From the human T2T-CHM13v2.0 reference genome, Homo sapiens, in NCBI RefSeq assembly GCF_009914755.1, contig NC_060930.1: a stretch of 64,000 nucleotides of DNA. The stretch is one strand, 5' to 3'. Under the pieces are notes generated by a model. That model was not told the DNA's origin and did not search any database. It worked only from the letters and a program-made list of their open reading frames with translations. Position numbers and translations under genes: made by a program. Below, piece after piece: positions 15,694 through 29,737 of the stretch (position 1 is its first letter; each line of letters begins with the position of its first letter).

Positions 15694-15842
15694 CTCAATC
15701 TTATCTGAATGAAATCCTGTTGTGAAATCAGGGGACTGTAAATCTCTAGGACTACCCACTCCTGCATAGCTTCCTTCAGAGTCTGATGTCAACAGTTCTG
15801 GAAGAGATTCCACAGAATTGGTCTTACCAGACTTTAATAATC
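15694..15842 (-). CDS. IBTK: IBTK exon 22 (149 nt)
   Basis: TAG|GATTA...GAG|GTTTGT; LLKSGKTNSVESLPELLTSDSEGS. Confidence 0.93.
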
Positions 15843-16769
15843 CTAAAACATGAAATTAAAAAAAATTAAACACATATGCATTAAACATATATGCATTACA
15901 TTCCATGAACCAGAGAGCTAAAAAAGCTTTCATTTATCCAGATTTAATAACATTCAAATTATATTTATGGTATAAAAATCTTAATAATTCAAGTTAACTG
16001 GAGAAAGAAATCAGTTTAAGTGAAAAACTGAAATGGAAGAGATTCTAAAACAATAATTTTATTCATTACAATCACACACCAATTGTGTAATGAACCTGAG
16101 GAAGATAGTTCTTTGGGATCTGCTCTAAAAAGTGATTTAAAATATTTTTGTCCGCATAAGAGACAAAGGAGAAAGGGAAAATAATTAAAATCCAGACCTC
16201 TTTTCCCTTTCTCATCTGTCTCTTGGTACAGTGGTCTCCGCACCCAAGCAAGGGGGTAGCTTCATTCTATGTGGGAGGAACCCTGTGGCCTTTTTGCCTC
16301 TCACTTAGCCAGCTGACTGACCCCATAGCAGAGGCTCCCGCAGAAGACAACTGTGGCCTGTTTGAAGTGTGTTTTTCCCTGAAATCTCTGGCTATTGAGA
16401 GCTCGCTTGAAGCAAGAGGGTTGTTGTGAAATGTATATATCATTTCTTCTCTTAGGCAAGCTAAATGCCTGGCCTCATGCCACACCTGGTATCCAGGTTC
16501 AAACTTTTGCTTAGATTCACATGTCCATTTCCACACATTTCAAATTTATTAGAATCTAAATGAAGTACCAAAATAAGCTATAAAATAAAGATGTTATCTA
16601 ACTTGTAACTAAAAGCTGTATAATTGATTTAAAAATAAAACCTACCATCTCTTATACATTGTTCTCTTTAAAGTAAATCACCTTAACAAGCTAAATGTTT
16701 CTTTTATTGTTATCACTACAATTTGGAAAGAACATTTAAACATTTTTTTTGCCACACAATCTTTTTGAA

Positions 16770-17065
16770 TTTTTTTTTTTTTTTGAGACAGAGTCTTACT
16801 CTATTGCCCAGGCTGGAGTGCGGTGGCATGATCTCAGCTCACTGCAACCTCCACCTCCAGGTTCAAGTGTTTCTCCTGCCTCAGCCTTCCAAGTAGCTAG
16901 GATTACAGGCATGCACCACCATGCCCGGCTAATTTTTTTTGTATTTTTACTAGAGACAGCGTTTCACCATATTGGCCAGGCTGGTCTGGAGCTCCTGATT
17001 TTGTGGTCCGCCCGCCTTGGCCTCCCAAAGTGCTGGGATTACAGGCAGGAGCCACTGCGTCTTGC
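16770..17065 (-). mobile_element. Alu
   Basis: Reverse dimer; TSD TCTTTTTGAAT. Confidence 0.9.
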
Positions 17066-18229
17066 CTCTTTTTGAATATTTTTAAGGCTGGCAAATTTTC
17101 ATCGAAGAGAATACATCTAATATTAGAACACTCTCAAAAGTCAGTTAGAAATAAATCCAGAAAAAAAGAGGACAATTAATGTGGCCAACAATTACTTCTG
17201 GTCAAAAACAGTTTTGCTGAATGCCGTTTGTCTAACTTTAAGATCGACACAGATGTTAAGCTTTTACGCAACTGTCTTTGATGAAATTGGCCTCATACTC
17301 AAATTTTCTTCCTTAACAGGTCTTTTTGGCCTCCAATTAAATCTGACCTTTTAGTTATCTTTGACTACAGATATCCTGGCCACAGAAAGAACAGTACACC
17401 AGGAAAATACGGACCTGGAATCAAGAGAACAAATTTTATTTCTTTTGGTCACTACTTCAAATCACTTATGTTTTTTGAGCTTCTTTCCTTAGGTTTAAAG
17501 TAAGGGACATAAATTATTTCATTACTAATGTCTCTTCTAGCTCTGAAATTCTAAGATTCTAACACATATGGTAACAATAACATTATTTAAAACAAACCAA
17601 ATATCTGCTTTTCCATAAGTCATTTAGGTGACTGGAAAGTCATTACTTTCAAGACTGTCTATCCATTATTCATCCTTCCATCAATCCACCCCTGCCTCCT
17701 TCTAAACACTAACGGTAATTCATACAACACAGAGAACACAGAGTCACAGAATTTTAAATTTAGAAAAGTCCTAAGATAATAGCTTTCCCATTTACTAGGT
17801 CTCCTGATTCCTATTTTCATTGCTTCATAAATAAATTTTAGGCATATTATCTATCCTTTTTTTATCTTTATGTTATCTAAAACTATTCTTGACATTATTC
17901 CTTTGAGCTTTAGTGAACATATCAAGCACCTAATTTGAAGCATCTCAGTAAACATAAAAAAAAAATCCTTCTTCTTTGCCCTGCCTAACAAGCTTTTTTT
18001 TCCAAAGGGACACAAAACAATGTACTCTTCTATTTTTCAAAGTTGTTTGTATACAGCTGATTGACTATGAAGTACTGTTAGCAGAAACTGTACTAGGTTA
18101 TGCCTTAGTGCTATAGACAAGAGTAACCTACCATTTCTGAAAGCCATACTGTAGTCTCATTATTTTATAGTCACAATTCATGTTTTATCTAAAGAAACTA
18201 CTAAAACGTATATAGTTTAATCTAGATCA

Positions 18230-18830
18230 GATGAATCTAGAATGTGAGACAGTCTATAACACAATTGGACTGACCTTTTGGAAAAGAGAAAACAAAAAAC
18301 AAAAAAGTACAGCAGTTTTATACTAGTTAGAAGAGACTAAAGAGATACTAATAAGCAAAGATAATATGAACCTTGATAGAATACTAGTTTTTTTGTTAAT
18401 GTTAAAAAAAAAAGACTATAAAAACATTTGTCAACAATTAGGAAAATGTGGATATGAAGTATAATACTAATTAACACTAATTAATGTCAATTGTCTCAGG
18501 TATGATAATGGTATTGTGGTTGTGTAGAAGAGTATTCCCATCTTAAAAGATTCATATTCAAGTATTCGGGGGAAAAGTATCATGTCTACAACTTATTCCA
18601 AGTGGAACAATTTTTTTTTAAGTCTCTGTATTGTGTGTGTGTGTGTTTGTGTGTGTGTGTAACACATGGAGGAAAGAGGAGACAGTAAGCAACAAAGAGT
18701 CTGCAAGAAAATGCAAATGTGATGAGAAGTTAACAATAAATCTGAATAAAATGTACATAGGTGTTCATGGTATTTTTCTTTCATCTTTTCAGTAAGTTAA
18801 ATATTCTCAAAAGAAAAAACTGGGGAAAAA
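18230..18830 (+). mobile_element. L1MC/ME 3' end fragment containing a (TG)n tract (18633-18660)
   Basis: GGTATGATAATGGTATTGTGGTTGTGTAG...ATCATGTCTACAACTTA. Confidence 0.6.
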
Positions 18831-19536
18831 TATTTTAGAAAAACTACATAACCTGACCTTTACTTTCAAACAGGCTCACATAATGCCTAAATACATTTTA
18901 TATTCTACTACCAGATTACAACCCCCTTATGCATATGAATGGCATCTTACTTGGAGTACTGACATATTTAAATTGAATCAACATGATAATAGTTATCTCT
19001 GTCATGTTTTGCCAACCTCTAAACCCCTATGCCACTGGAAAGAGTAGTCTTTCTAAAAACAAATCTCATCCAGTCACATCCTGTTTTAAATCATCAACAG
19101 CCACCCATAGCCTTTAGAATAAAACACAAATTCCTTAGTTTGGCATATAAGAGCCTCCAAAATCTGACCCTATCCAACCTATCTCCTATACTGAACTATA
19201 TGCACAAGAAATGTGCAACTCTTTCTCTTGCTACTAAGCTTGGGAACACATTGCCCCCTTTGCTTAATATACCTATCTGCCTCCTTTTCTTAGATAACTT
19301 CATTCTTCAAGACTCAGCTCAGCATTGCTTTCCTCTAAGAGGACTTCCCTGATCTCAGATTAGTTTGAGTACCTCTTTTGTGCTCCCAGAGCAAACTTCA
19401 ACTGGAGTACTTACAATAAACTATCACTTTTGGTACCTCCATAAGGACTGTTTATTTCAGTAGCCCCAGCAGATGACATATGTGAATAGAGACATAGAAG
19501 ATTAGAACTGGAAATACATGCTCACTTTCCACGAAC

Positions 19537-19649
19537 CTGTAGATGATGGACTCTGAATAATATCTGAAAGGTTATAACCTCCAGAACTATCTGAACGTTT
19601 ACGTGGCTTCTTTTTAGCTTTTGTTTTTGCTTTCTTGAACATAGTTTCC
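19537..19649 (-). CDS. IBTK: IBTK exon 21 (113 nt), basic cluster KKAKTKAKKKPRKRSDSS
   Basis: TAG|GGAAACT...ACAG|GTTCGT; phase fits exon 22. Confidence 0.9.
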
Positions 19650-19982
19650 CTAGGAAAAAGCAAACATAATTTCAGCAGTGTTTAGGGAGGTAACTAAGAT
19701 AAATGCACTTATTTAACCCAACATGTTTAACCTGAAGGCTACTTTTTAAAATATTTACACTTTCAATGTGTTAGACCTACAGATATTAATTATGTATTTA
19801 CTTTGTATTATACCAAGGTTAAGAATGAGCGTAACTACCTATTTCTTATGTCAGAATTTCTCAATTTCATCTTCCAATACCAACACAAAAGTGTCATATG
19901 TCCAAGATGAGAGTGAAGGGACACACTGGAGAAAAGAAGGAAGAAAAGGAGGAAAAGAAAAAAAAAAAAGAAAACAGCTTAC

Positions 19983-20104
19983 GAATGATTTTGTTCCATA
20001 TTTATTTCTTCTTTCAAGAAGATATCTCCATCTTCTACTTCCAAATAGCTAATATCTGGTCCATCTTGATATGGTGTAATGACTCTTCTATCCATTGCTG
20101 GAAT
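19983..20104 (-). CDS. IBTK: IBTK exon 20 (122 nt)
   Basis: CAG|ATTCCA...CATTC|GTAAGC; IPAMDRRVITPYQDGPD. Confidence 0.93.
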
Positions 20105-20148
20105 CTGCAGAATTGAAGATATCACTTTTCAAATACAAAATCTGTGAA

Positions 20149-20295
20149 GTTTTTTTTTTTTTTTTTTTTTTTTTTTGTGCACACGTGGCTCTTGCCATGT
20201 TGGCCAGGCTGTTTGGAACACCTGGCCCCAAGCAAACCTCCCATCTTGGCCTCCCAAAATGCTAGGATTACAGGCATAAGCCACCACACCCAGCC
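20149..20295 (-). mobile_element. Alu monomer
   Basis: Long T tract plus reverse left arm. Confidence 0.85.
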
Positions 20296-20816
20296 TAAAG
20301 ATGTTTTTTAAATTATGTAAGATATTCCATTTTTAATATGTGGTGACATTAACTAGAACAGCCTTGAATACTCAATAACTTCCTAAATTTACAAGAGGGG
20401 GTTAAATTTTGATTCAATTCAATAAAAACTTTATTCCATAAACCTGCCAAAAAGGAAACTTGAGAAAAAGCTCCACTTTATTATTAAAGATAGATTTATT
20501 CATTTCTTAGGGATCATATGAATTCATGTTTTTGCACGGTCCTGACCTCTGGTAAATAACAAAAGACTTACTCTGAGGCTTTCAGTAACTTTCATTTATA
20601 AAGAAATTAATAAATATTAACTTTATTATTAAGTATCTTGAATTTTGATTATCATATGTATCTGTGAGATCTGTAAAGGAATCCTATATCATCAGTTTTA
20701 AAAGATCCTAATGTACTAGAAGTCATTAGGAAACTATTCCATTAATAAGTCTGATCTAATATACTGCTTAAGCTGGTAATATTATAGCCGCGAAAATCTT
20801 AAAACATAAACCTTAC

Positions 20817-20877
20817 CATTTTCCGGTAAAACTCAGAAAGATCCTTCAAAACACCATCGCTTAAAACATCAAGAGAC
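20817..20877 (-). CDS. IBTK: IBTK exon 19 (61 nt)
   Basis: TAG|GTCTCTT...ATG|GTAAGG; SLDVLSDGVLKDLSEFYRKM. Confidence 0.93.
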
Positions 20878-21116
20878 CTAAAATATAGGATACAAAATTC
20901 TATCTTAAGATTCAAGTGACTTGATAACTGTCAAGTTGCTTACATACGTAGATATTTCATATTGCTAGATAAGTAACAAAGTTATTTTTTAAGCATTATA
21001 TATAGCAGTTGCTACAAATTCCTTTTGGAAATAGATGTGGTTGTATATTACATATTTCAAATAAACAGCAAAGCAAACATATTACACAAATATCTTGAAT
21101 AAAACTCAAGCAACTC

Positions 21117-21420
21117 TTTTTTTTTTTCTTTTTTTGAGATGGAGTCTCACTCTGTCACCCAGGCTGGAGTGCAGTGGTGCAATCTCAGCTCACTGCAACT
21201 GCTGCCTCCTGGGTTCAAGTGATTCTCCTGCTTCACACCCTCCCAAGTGGCTGAGACTACCAGGCACACACAATCACGCTCGGCTAATTTTTGTATTTTT
21301 ATTAGAGATAGGGTTTCACCATCTTGGCCAGGCCGGTCTTGAACTCCTGACCTCAGGCGATCCACCTGCCTCAGCCTCCCAAAGTGCTGGGATTACAAGC
21401 ATAAGCCACCACACCCGGCC
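21117..21420 (-). mobile_element. Alu
   Basis: TSD TCAAGCAACT. Confidence 0.92.
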
Positions 21421-21922
21421 TCAAGCAACTATTATAAATAAATGTACAAAGAATCTTCTCTACTTCATAAGAGTTTCATAAAAATTAACTAAATGAATCT
21501 ATGTAATGCTTTTAGAACACCGTCTAGCACATAGTTAATAGTCATTACTACTGAAGTAAAATATAAAAATAAACTAAACAATGAAGCTTTAAAATAAAAA
21601 CTGACACCAGGAACTCTAATCTCAAATTTCTGTGTTCTCATATTGTCACCAATGACTTTATAGGAAGTAAAATATTTTGACCTTATATTTTTAAAAAAGT
21701 ATACATTTATTTCATTTTAAAAAGATCACTGTTAAAAACATTCAAAAGTTTTCAAGAGCTCTCTAATTCTAAAATGTACATAACTTCTAAATCATCAGCA
21801 TTGATCAAATTCTTTCCATCCAGGTAAACATCATTATTCACATTTAAATCACTAATAATATCTGCTATTATATATAAATATCTCCTTTTGCAACAATCTT
21901 ACAACATATGCACCTCACCTAC

Positions 21923-22040
21923 CTTGCTTCAAGTAAAGCTGCCATATTCAATCCTATAAACTGTAAACAAGACAGTTTCAACTGTTTTGCACTATACATT
22001 GCTGCAAATTCCAGTAGCATAGCAGCATTCTTCAGGGTAA
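21923..22040 (-). CDS. IBTK: IBTK exon 18 (118 nt), BACK/3-box-like region
   Basis: TAG|TTACC...GCAAG|GTAGGT; TLKNAAMLLEFAAMYSAKQLKLSCLQFIGLN. Confidence 0.95.
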
Positions 22041-24251
22041 CTACAAAGAAAGAAAAGATTTGCAAAATTAGATAAAAGGCACATTACCACAGCAAAATAA
22101 AATACATTTATGTCTAAAGCTGTACGATTTGAACATTTGGAATAAAGAAAAAAAAGTTTCTTGCCAAAAATAAGTTAATACTGGGGCAAATATGTAACTC
22201 TTCCATCCCAATATGCCAAAGTAATTTCAAAAGATTGGCTATGAGGAAAAATAAGCTCACACACAAGCATATTCTAAGCAAAACAGAATACAGAAGGGGC
22301 ATAGTGCCACCCAAAAGCAAACACATAAGAACTGACAATCTTCCACCTAACATTTTCTGAATATTTTTAAAAAGCTTTTATTAATGAACAACTTTCCTTT
22401 CCATTTACATAGCAGTTATTCCCTCTTCCATAAAACTAAAAAAGATATAAAACTAAGAAAAACTGATGAAATAATTCTATAAAATATATTGAGTTATCTA
22501 TCAGAATTCATGTGGGTGTATATATATACATGTAAGTATATAAATATATACATATTTTGAAAATACGTACATCACAATCTTATCATAATATTCTTCACAC
22601 CAGTGAAAAATCTGATATACTGTGCAAAAGATTCTGGATTTAGTTACAATTGTAGTAACATTATATATAAAGTACCCATTTTCCTAGAGACTCTCCCAGA
22701 ATATTCTACCTACATAACAGGTAACTTTCAGCTTCCTGTTCCCTCCACTATTTTTCTTAATTACTCTATCAGTACCAGCCAATAGGGAAACACAGTTGTT
22801 TTCTACATCTGGCTTCTTGCATTTCTTTTTCTTTCTCACCTGTGATTCTATCAAAAGTTGCAACTGCAGTCAATAATGGTCTCTGTCTCACTCCTGACTA
22901 ATCTACATTTTCAACTAATGATGAACAGAGAAATTGAAGAAATGATAAAATTAGATCATATAAAAACTTCTTTAGAGTTGTTCACATGGGAACAAGTATC
23001 CACATATTCCTAATAATCAGAGACCAAAGGAGGTGGTAGCCTCCTTTTCCTAGGTTCTAGGAACATCAAGGAATTAATAAAGGCAACTGTGCAGCCAGAG
23101 CCATGAAAGAACACTGAGGAAGAAGACCAGCAAAGGCAACTGTACAAGTGTAAAATATCACTTATATGTATGTCTTATACCTGTTGTATGCTGTGTCCTT
23201 TATTTTAGAATATTTTTCTTTTCTTGCTTAAAAGGAGATCAGGGCTGTTGTTCTCTATTTAATAACCAAGGAGTAGACAGTCTACAGTGCTCAAGAAAAG
23301 TGAGAACTAAAATGCCAAAGCCAAGACAAACTCCTAGCAAGTATGAACTAGAAAAAATGGACAGGAATTCCCTTCACACTTCTTGAAGTAGCAGTAAAGC
23401 AGAACAGATATAAGATTAGAAAGTCAAAAAGGCTGTCAGGTGGAAGCTAAGGAAAGTTAACCTTTATTCTAGAGTAAGCAATTATAAATATGTAAACAGG
23501 GGGAAGATGTAACTACTTCCTACAGAAAGCTTAAAGAAACAGAAGTAGACAGGAGAAAGAGCATTTAAAACACTACTGTGACACTACCCAGAAGGAACAG
23601 ATAACAGTGACCTCAACTGCATAGTAACAGTGAGAACCCAAAGGTAGGGGAAATGTGACCAACATAGTTAAAAGGAATAAGTTTTGACAACTGAATGAAT
23701 TTGAGTGTCAGGGCCAAAATAATAAAGAAAAACTCATTTTGGATTTCAAAGTACAGTGTTCAGGAGGATAGCCATGAAATTAACTAAGATAATGAAGAGA
23801 GCAAGAAAGAAGAGTTCAAGAAAAAAAGAGATGTGCTTTGTTCAGATATATAATGGGAAAGTTAAATTTTTAAAATCACTGCAAATAGTAGAAAATGGGT
23901 AGCTAAAAACACCTAAAGCCAAGATCAGGGCAAGAGTACAAAAATTTCACTTTTAAACTCTCACCCTTGAAATTAGCAAATAAATCTGACACCATCTTTA
24001 TTCTTCAAGGTTTTATGACATTTCAATACAAATATTACATTTCAATTCTAAGTCATATATATTTTCACATATTTCTAAAATAAGAATTCACTTACAAATG
24101 ATGGCATGTAATAATTTACATATTTTGGCAGGTTTTCGTGGTACCAAAAAAATGGTCTATTTTACCATAAGTGGAATCATAAAGTCAATAAAGTACAGTA
24201 ATCCTTGATGAACCTGAAAACATATTAATATTCAAACTCAAAATTACTCAC

Positions 24252-24353
24252 GTTTTTCAGTTAATGCTACTTCACAAATCTCTTTCAACCGGGTTATGAG
24301 AAGTTGATCAGCCACCACAAGAACACTACAAATAAAATCTACATTTTGAGATT
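24252..24353 (-). CDS. IBTK: IBTK exon 17 (102 nt)
   Basis: TAG|AATCT...AAAC|GTGAGT; VLVVADQLLITRLKEICE. Confidence 0.95.
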
Positions 24354-24407
24354 CTAAAAAAAGAAAGAAAACAAGCATCACTTTTTCTTTGTATACATTA
24401 TACCTAG

Positions 24408-24499
24408 AAAAAAAAATTTGAAGTAATTAGTACACTAGAAAAGAGATTTAAGTAAAAAAAAAATTTGAAGTAATTAGTACACTAGAAAAGAGATTTAAG
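24408..24499. repeat. Near-perfect tandem duplication, period 47
   Basis: AAAATTTGAAGTAATTAGTACACTAGAAAAGAGATTTAAG twice. Confidence 0.93.
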
Positions 24500-24880
24500 A
24501 TTATTTTCTAAATGTTGAAAGGGCAACCATAATAAAAAGTAAATACATCAAAATATATTTCTATTTTTTAGGTAGAAAGCTGACAAAATTACACCAAAAT
24601 GTCTTGATCTCACACTAGGACCATAAAATGGCCAACTTAAATTGATCATTTCAGTCTAGAAGCCCACTAGAATGCCTGACTTGTTTATAATCTCCCATGT
24701 TGTTAGAAAAACACTTCTCAAGCTAATACAAAGAGGGAAAAGTCAAATCTCAGCATCACACTTAATATATAAAGGGTGGGGAAATAATGCTCTTATGCTT
24801 TCTTATTTAAAACAAAATTTGTCATCTAAGAGTGCTTTTTTGTAACTATTGGACTTCCTTAATTTAAAACAACTTTCTTG

Positions 24881-25295
<415 letters not shown>

Positions 25296-25799
25296 TTAAG
25301 AAGAAAAAAATCTGACATAGAAAACAGCTTTAAAATATGAGACAAAGATGAAGTCACTAGGAATGACAGACTAAGAGCTTCTAATCCTCTCCTCTAAAAA
25401 AAAACAGACAACTGTGGAAAATTGTCATAATCAACTTTTCCAGAATTCTGGAAATCAGCCAAAAGCTTATAATAATCTAGGAAGTGTTTACTTAAGAAAA
25501 GCAGTTGAATCTTGTTAAGAACAGTGGGATTCAGGACACTGCAGCCTTTCCTGTTCAGATCTTCCTCTCCCCTCCTCCACAGCAGTACTGAAACCAACAG
25601 CTCCATAATCACAGGGAATCACATTGACAGCCTAGTAGCCACAGGAGACAGAACAGTTGTAGAGCAATAGTATCCTTATTTGACCTGTCTGCTAGTTCTC
25701 TGAAAATCCCACTAGAATGCTTATCTTTATTTGACCTGACATAAAGCTTGCCCAGTGACAACAGCCTTTTATACGGGGGCAAACAATTAGCAATAAGTA

Positions 25800-28700
25800 A
25801 AGTAAAGATATTGAATTAGTGATCAAAAAACTTCCTACAAAGAAGAGTCCAGGACCAGATGGCTTAATTGGTTAATCTGACTGAATATTTAAAGATGAAT
25901 AATACAATTGATGAATTAATACAAGATAAATTGATACAATTCTCCACAAACTCTTCAAAAAGTAGAAGATGAAGAACACTTCCCAACTCAGACAAGGAGG
26001 CCAATATTATGCTGATTCTAAAAACAGACAGGGACATCACAGGAAAACTAAACCAATATCCCTTACAATTAAAGATGCAAAAATCCTCAAAAAACGCTAA
26101 GAAACTAAATCCAGTAACATATAAAAAGGAATTATACAACATGACCTAACAGAATAAATCCAAAACGAAAGGATGATTCAACATATGAAAAATCAATCAA
26201 TATAATACACAAAAATAAAGTATAATAAACACACGGCCATCTTAAGAAACAGAAAAACATTTGACAAAAATCCCACACCCTTTCATGATAAAAACACTCA
26301 ATAAACCAGGAATAGAAATAATCTTCCTCAACCTGATAAATGGCAACTACAAAAAACCCACAAGTAACATCCTAATTAATGGTAAAAAGGCTGAATGCTT
26401 TTTCCTAACATCAGAAACAAGACAATGACAACCACTGTTGCCACTTCTATTCAACAGAGTACTAGAGATTCATCTAATCAGGGCAATTAAGCAAGAAAAA
26501 GAAATAAAGCACACCCAAATTGGAAAGGCATAAGTAAAACCATCTCTATTTGCAGATGACATGATCTTGCATATAGAAAATCCTAAGGAATCCACTAAAA
26601 AAACTACTAGAATTAGTGAACAAGTTCAGCAAGGTTGCAGGATATAAGATCAATATACAAAAATCAATTGTAATTCTAAACACTAGCAAAGGACAATCCA
26701 AAAATAAAATTAAAAAAATTTCCATTTAAAATAGCACTAAAAATTCTTAATAATTTTTAACTAAGAAAGAGCAAGGCTTGTACACTGAAAACTACAAAAA
26801 TCATTGAAAGAAATTAAAGACTTAAATATATAGACTTAAATAAATGGAAAGACAGCTGGTGTTAATGGATTATAAGATTTAAATATTAAAATGACAATAA
26901 TCCTCAAGCTGATCTACAAATTAAATGTGATTTGTATTAAAATCCCAGCTGCCTTTATTGCAGAAATTGGCAAACTAATCCTAAAATTCACATGAAAATG
27001 CAAGAAACCCAAAATAGCCAATACAATCTTGAAATAGCAGAACACAGTAGGAAAACTCACATTTCCCAATTTCACAACTTACAACAAAGCAATGGTAATC
27101 AAGACACTGCTGTACTGGCATAAAGAGAGTTCAGTGAAATAGAACTGAAGAGTACAGAAATAAAACTTTAAATTTATTGTCAGTTGATTTTTGACAAAGG
27201 TGCTAAAACAATTCAATGGGAAAACAAATGTCTTTTCAACAAATGGTACTCAAAAAATAGGACATACAGATGTAAAAGAATAAACTTGGACCCATAGCTC
27301 ACAACAAATACAAAAAATAACTTAATAAGAATGGTGGTTACTAGAGGTCAGGGGATTAGGGTAATGGGAAGATATTGGTCAAAGAGTACAAAATTACAGT
27401 TATAAGATGAATGAATAAGATCTAGAGACCTTATATACAGCATGGCCACTACACTGATAATAATGTACTGCATACTTGAGATTTGCTGAAGGACTAGATC
27501 TCAAGTACTCTCACCACAAAAAAAAAAAAAAGGTAATTATGTGAGGTGACGGTTATGTTAATTAGCTTGATTGTGGTAATTATCTCTCTCTATATATATA
27601 AATATAGATATTATACATATATATATCTCAAAGCATCATGTTATACACTATGACTACATATAATTTTTACTTGTTAATTACACCTTAATACGACTGGGGG
27701 GGGAATTAACTCAAAATGGATCAAAGACCTACATGTGAGAGACAGAACTATAAAACTCTTAGAAGAAAACATACAGGGTAATCATCATGACCTTGGATTT
27801 GACAACGAATTCCTAGATATGACACCAAAAACACAAGTAACAAGTCAACATAGACAATTTGGACATCATGAAATGCCTGTAATCCCAGCACTTTGGGAGA
27901 CTGAGGCAGGAGGATCACTTGAGCCCAGGAGTTCCAGACCAGCCTGGGCAATATAGGGAGGCTCTGTCTCTAAAAAAATTTTTACAAATTAACCAGGCAT
28001 GGTGGTGCACAGCTGTAGTCCCAGTTACTTGGGAGGCTGAGGTGGGAAGGATCACTTGAGCTCAGGACGCCGAGGCTGCAGTGAGCCATGACCATGCCAC
28101 TGCACTCCAGCTTGCCCAATGGAATAAGACCCTGTCTCAAAAATAAAAAAAAATTAAGTTTTTGTTTTAAACGACACTTCATCAAGGAAGTGAAAACAAC
28201 TCAGAGAAGGAGAGAAAATACTTGCAAATCATATATCCCATAAGGGACTAATATCCAGAATATATAAAGAACTCTTGCAACATTATAAAAAAACAAATAA
28301 TTGAGAAAAAAAGTGTCCAAAGGATTTGAGTATGTATTCAAAGAAGATATACAAATGACCAAAAAGCATATGAAAAGATGTTCAACATCATTAGTCATTA
28401 GTGAAATACAAATCAAAACCACAATGTTGCATAACTTCACACCCGTTAGGATGGCTATAATAAAAAAGGTTGATATTAGTAAGTGCTTGCAAGGATGTGG
28501 AGAAACTGGAACCCTCACACTGTTAGTGGTTAAGTTAAATGGTACAGCTAGCCACTGTGCAGTTCGGCAGTTCCTAAAAAATTAAACAGATGACCCAGCA
28601 TTTCCGCTTCTAGGTATATGCCCAAGAAAAATGAAAACATAGGCCCACGCAAAAACTTAGGCATGAGTGTTCACAGCAGCATGATTCCTAATAGACAAGA

Positions 28701-29135
28701 GGTAAAAACAACCCCAACATCCATCAACTGATGAATAAATGTGTTATATCCACACAATAAATATTATTTGGCAATAAAAAACAATGAAGTGTTGGTACCT
28801 GCTACAACACAGATAAATTTTTAAAACATCGTACTTAAGTAAAATAAGTTAAATATAAAAGGTCACATGTTGTTTGATTGTATTTATACAAAATGTCCAG
28901 AAGAGGCAAATCCATAGAGACAGAAAACATAATAGGGGTTTTCCACGGACTGGGGATAAGAGAGAGTGGGAAGTGTCTGCTAATGGGTACAAGGTATCTT
29001 TCTGGGGTGATGAAAATGTTCTAGAATTATACAGTGATGATAGTTGCACAAATTCATAAACATACTAAAAACTACTTATTGTATGCTTTAAAAGTATAAG
29101 TTTTATCATGCAAATAATTTCTCGATTTTTAAAAA
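25800..29135 (+). mobile_element. L1M (L1MB-like) ORF2 and 3'UTR, with a nested L1 3' fragment (~27327-27690) and Alu
   Basis: RT motif remnant CTATTTGCAGATGACATGATC (LFADDM); KHMKRCSTSLVISEIQIKTTM. Confidence 0.85.
27872..28152 (+). mobile_element. Alu (J-like) nested in L1
   Basis: Dimer with A tail. Confidence 0.88.
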
Positions 29136-29737
29136 GAATGAAAGTAGAGAAAAACATACCATGTCTCAGTTATCTTACTCTCAAGTATACAAATCTTCAG
29201 AAATTTTGTCCTCAGTTAAACTCTATCTCCTTACAAGACTACCCAGATTTCCTAGGCAGACTCAGAGGCTAGCTTCTTAAAAATGCATCTGCTTTTTAGA
29301 GAATTACTCTGTTGGATTATATTTGTTTTCTTATACATTTGTCTTCTCCACTAGATTGAGTTTCTTGAATATAAAAAAAGGTCTATCCACTTATTTTTAT
29401 CCCCAGTATACAGCTGGGGTTAAAAAAAACTAATGGAATATGACAGAACATCCAGTACCATTCCAATGAGTAAACATATCTTGTAACTAAAAGTTACTGT
29501 TTTGCCTAACAAAGTACATAAATGACCTCTCTTCATAAATTTTGGTACAATTTTTAATCTGTTTCTTTCAAGATGTGTAACCACAAAGGGGAAAAACAGG
29601 TAAGAAAGAACTTATGTAAGTATTTGTCAAAACTATCCCTGTTGTCAATTCATTCATCTCCATCATAGAAGTAGCTGGAAATTGAACTGCTGAATCTAAT
29701 TTCAACCATTACCTACAATTCCTTTTTTTTTTTTTTT

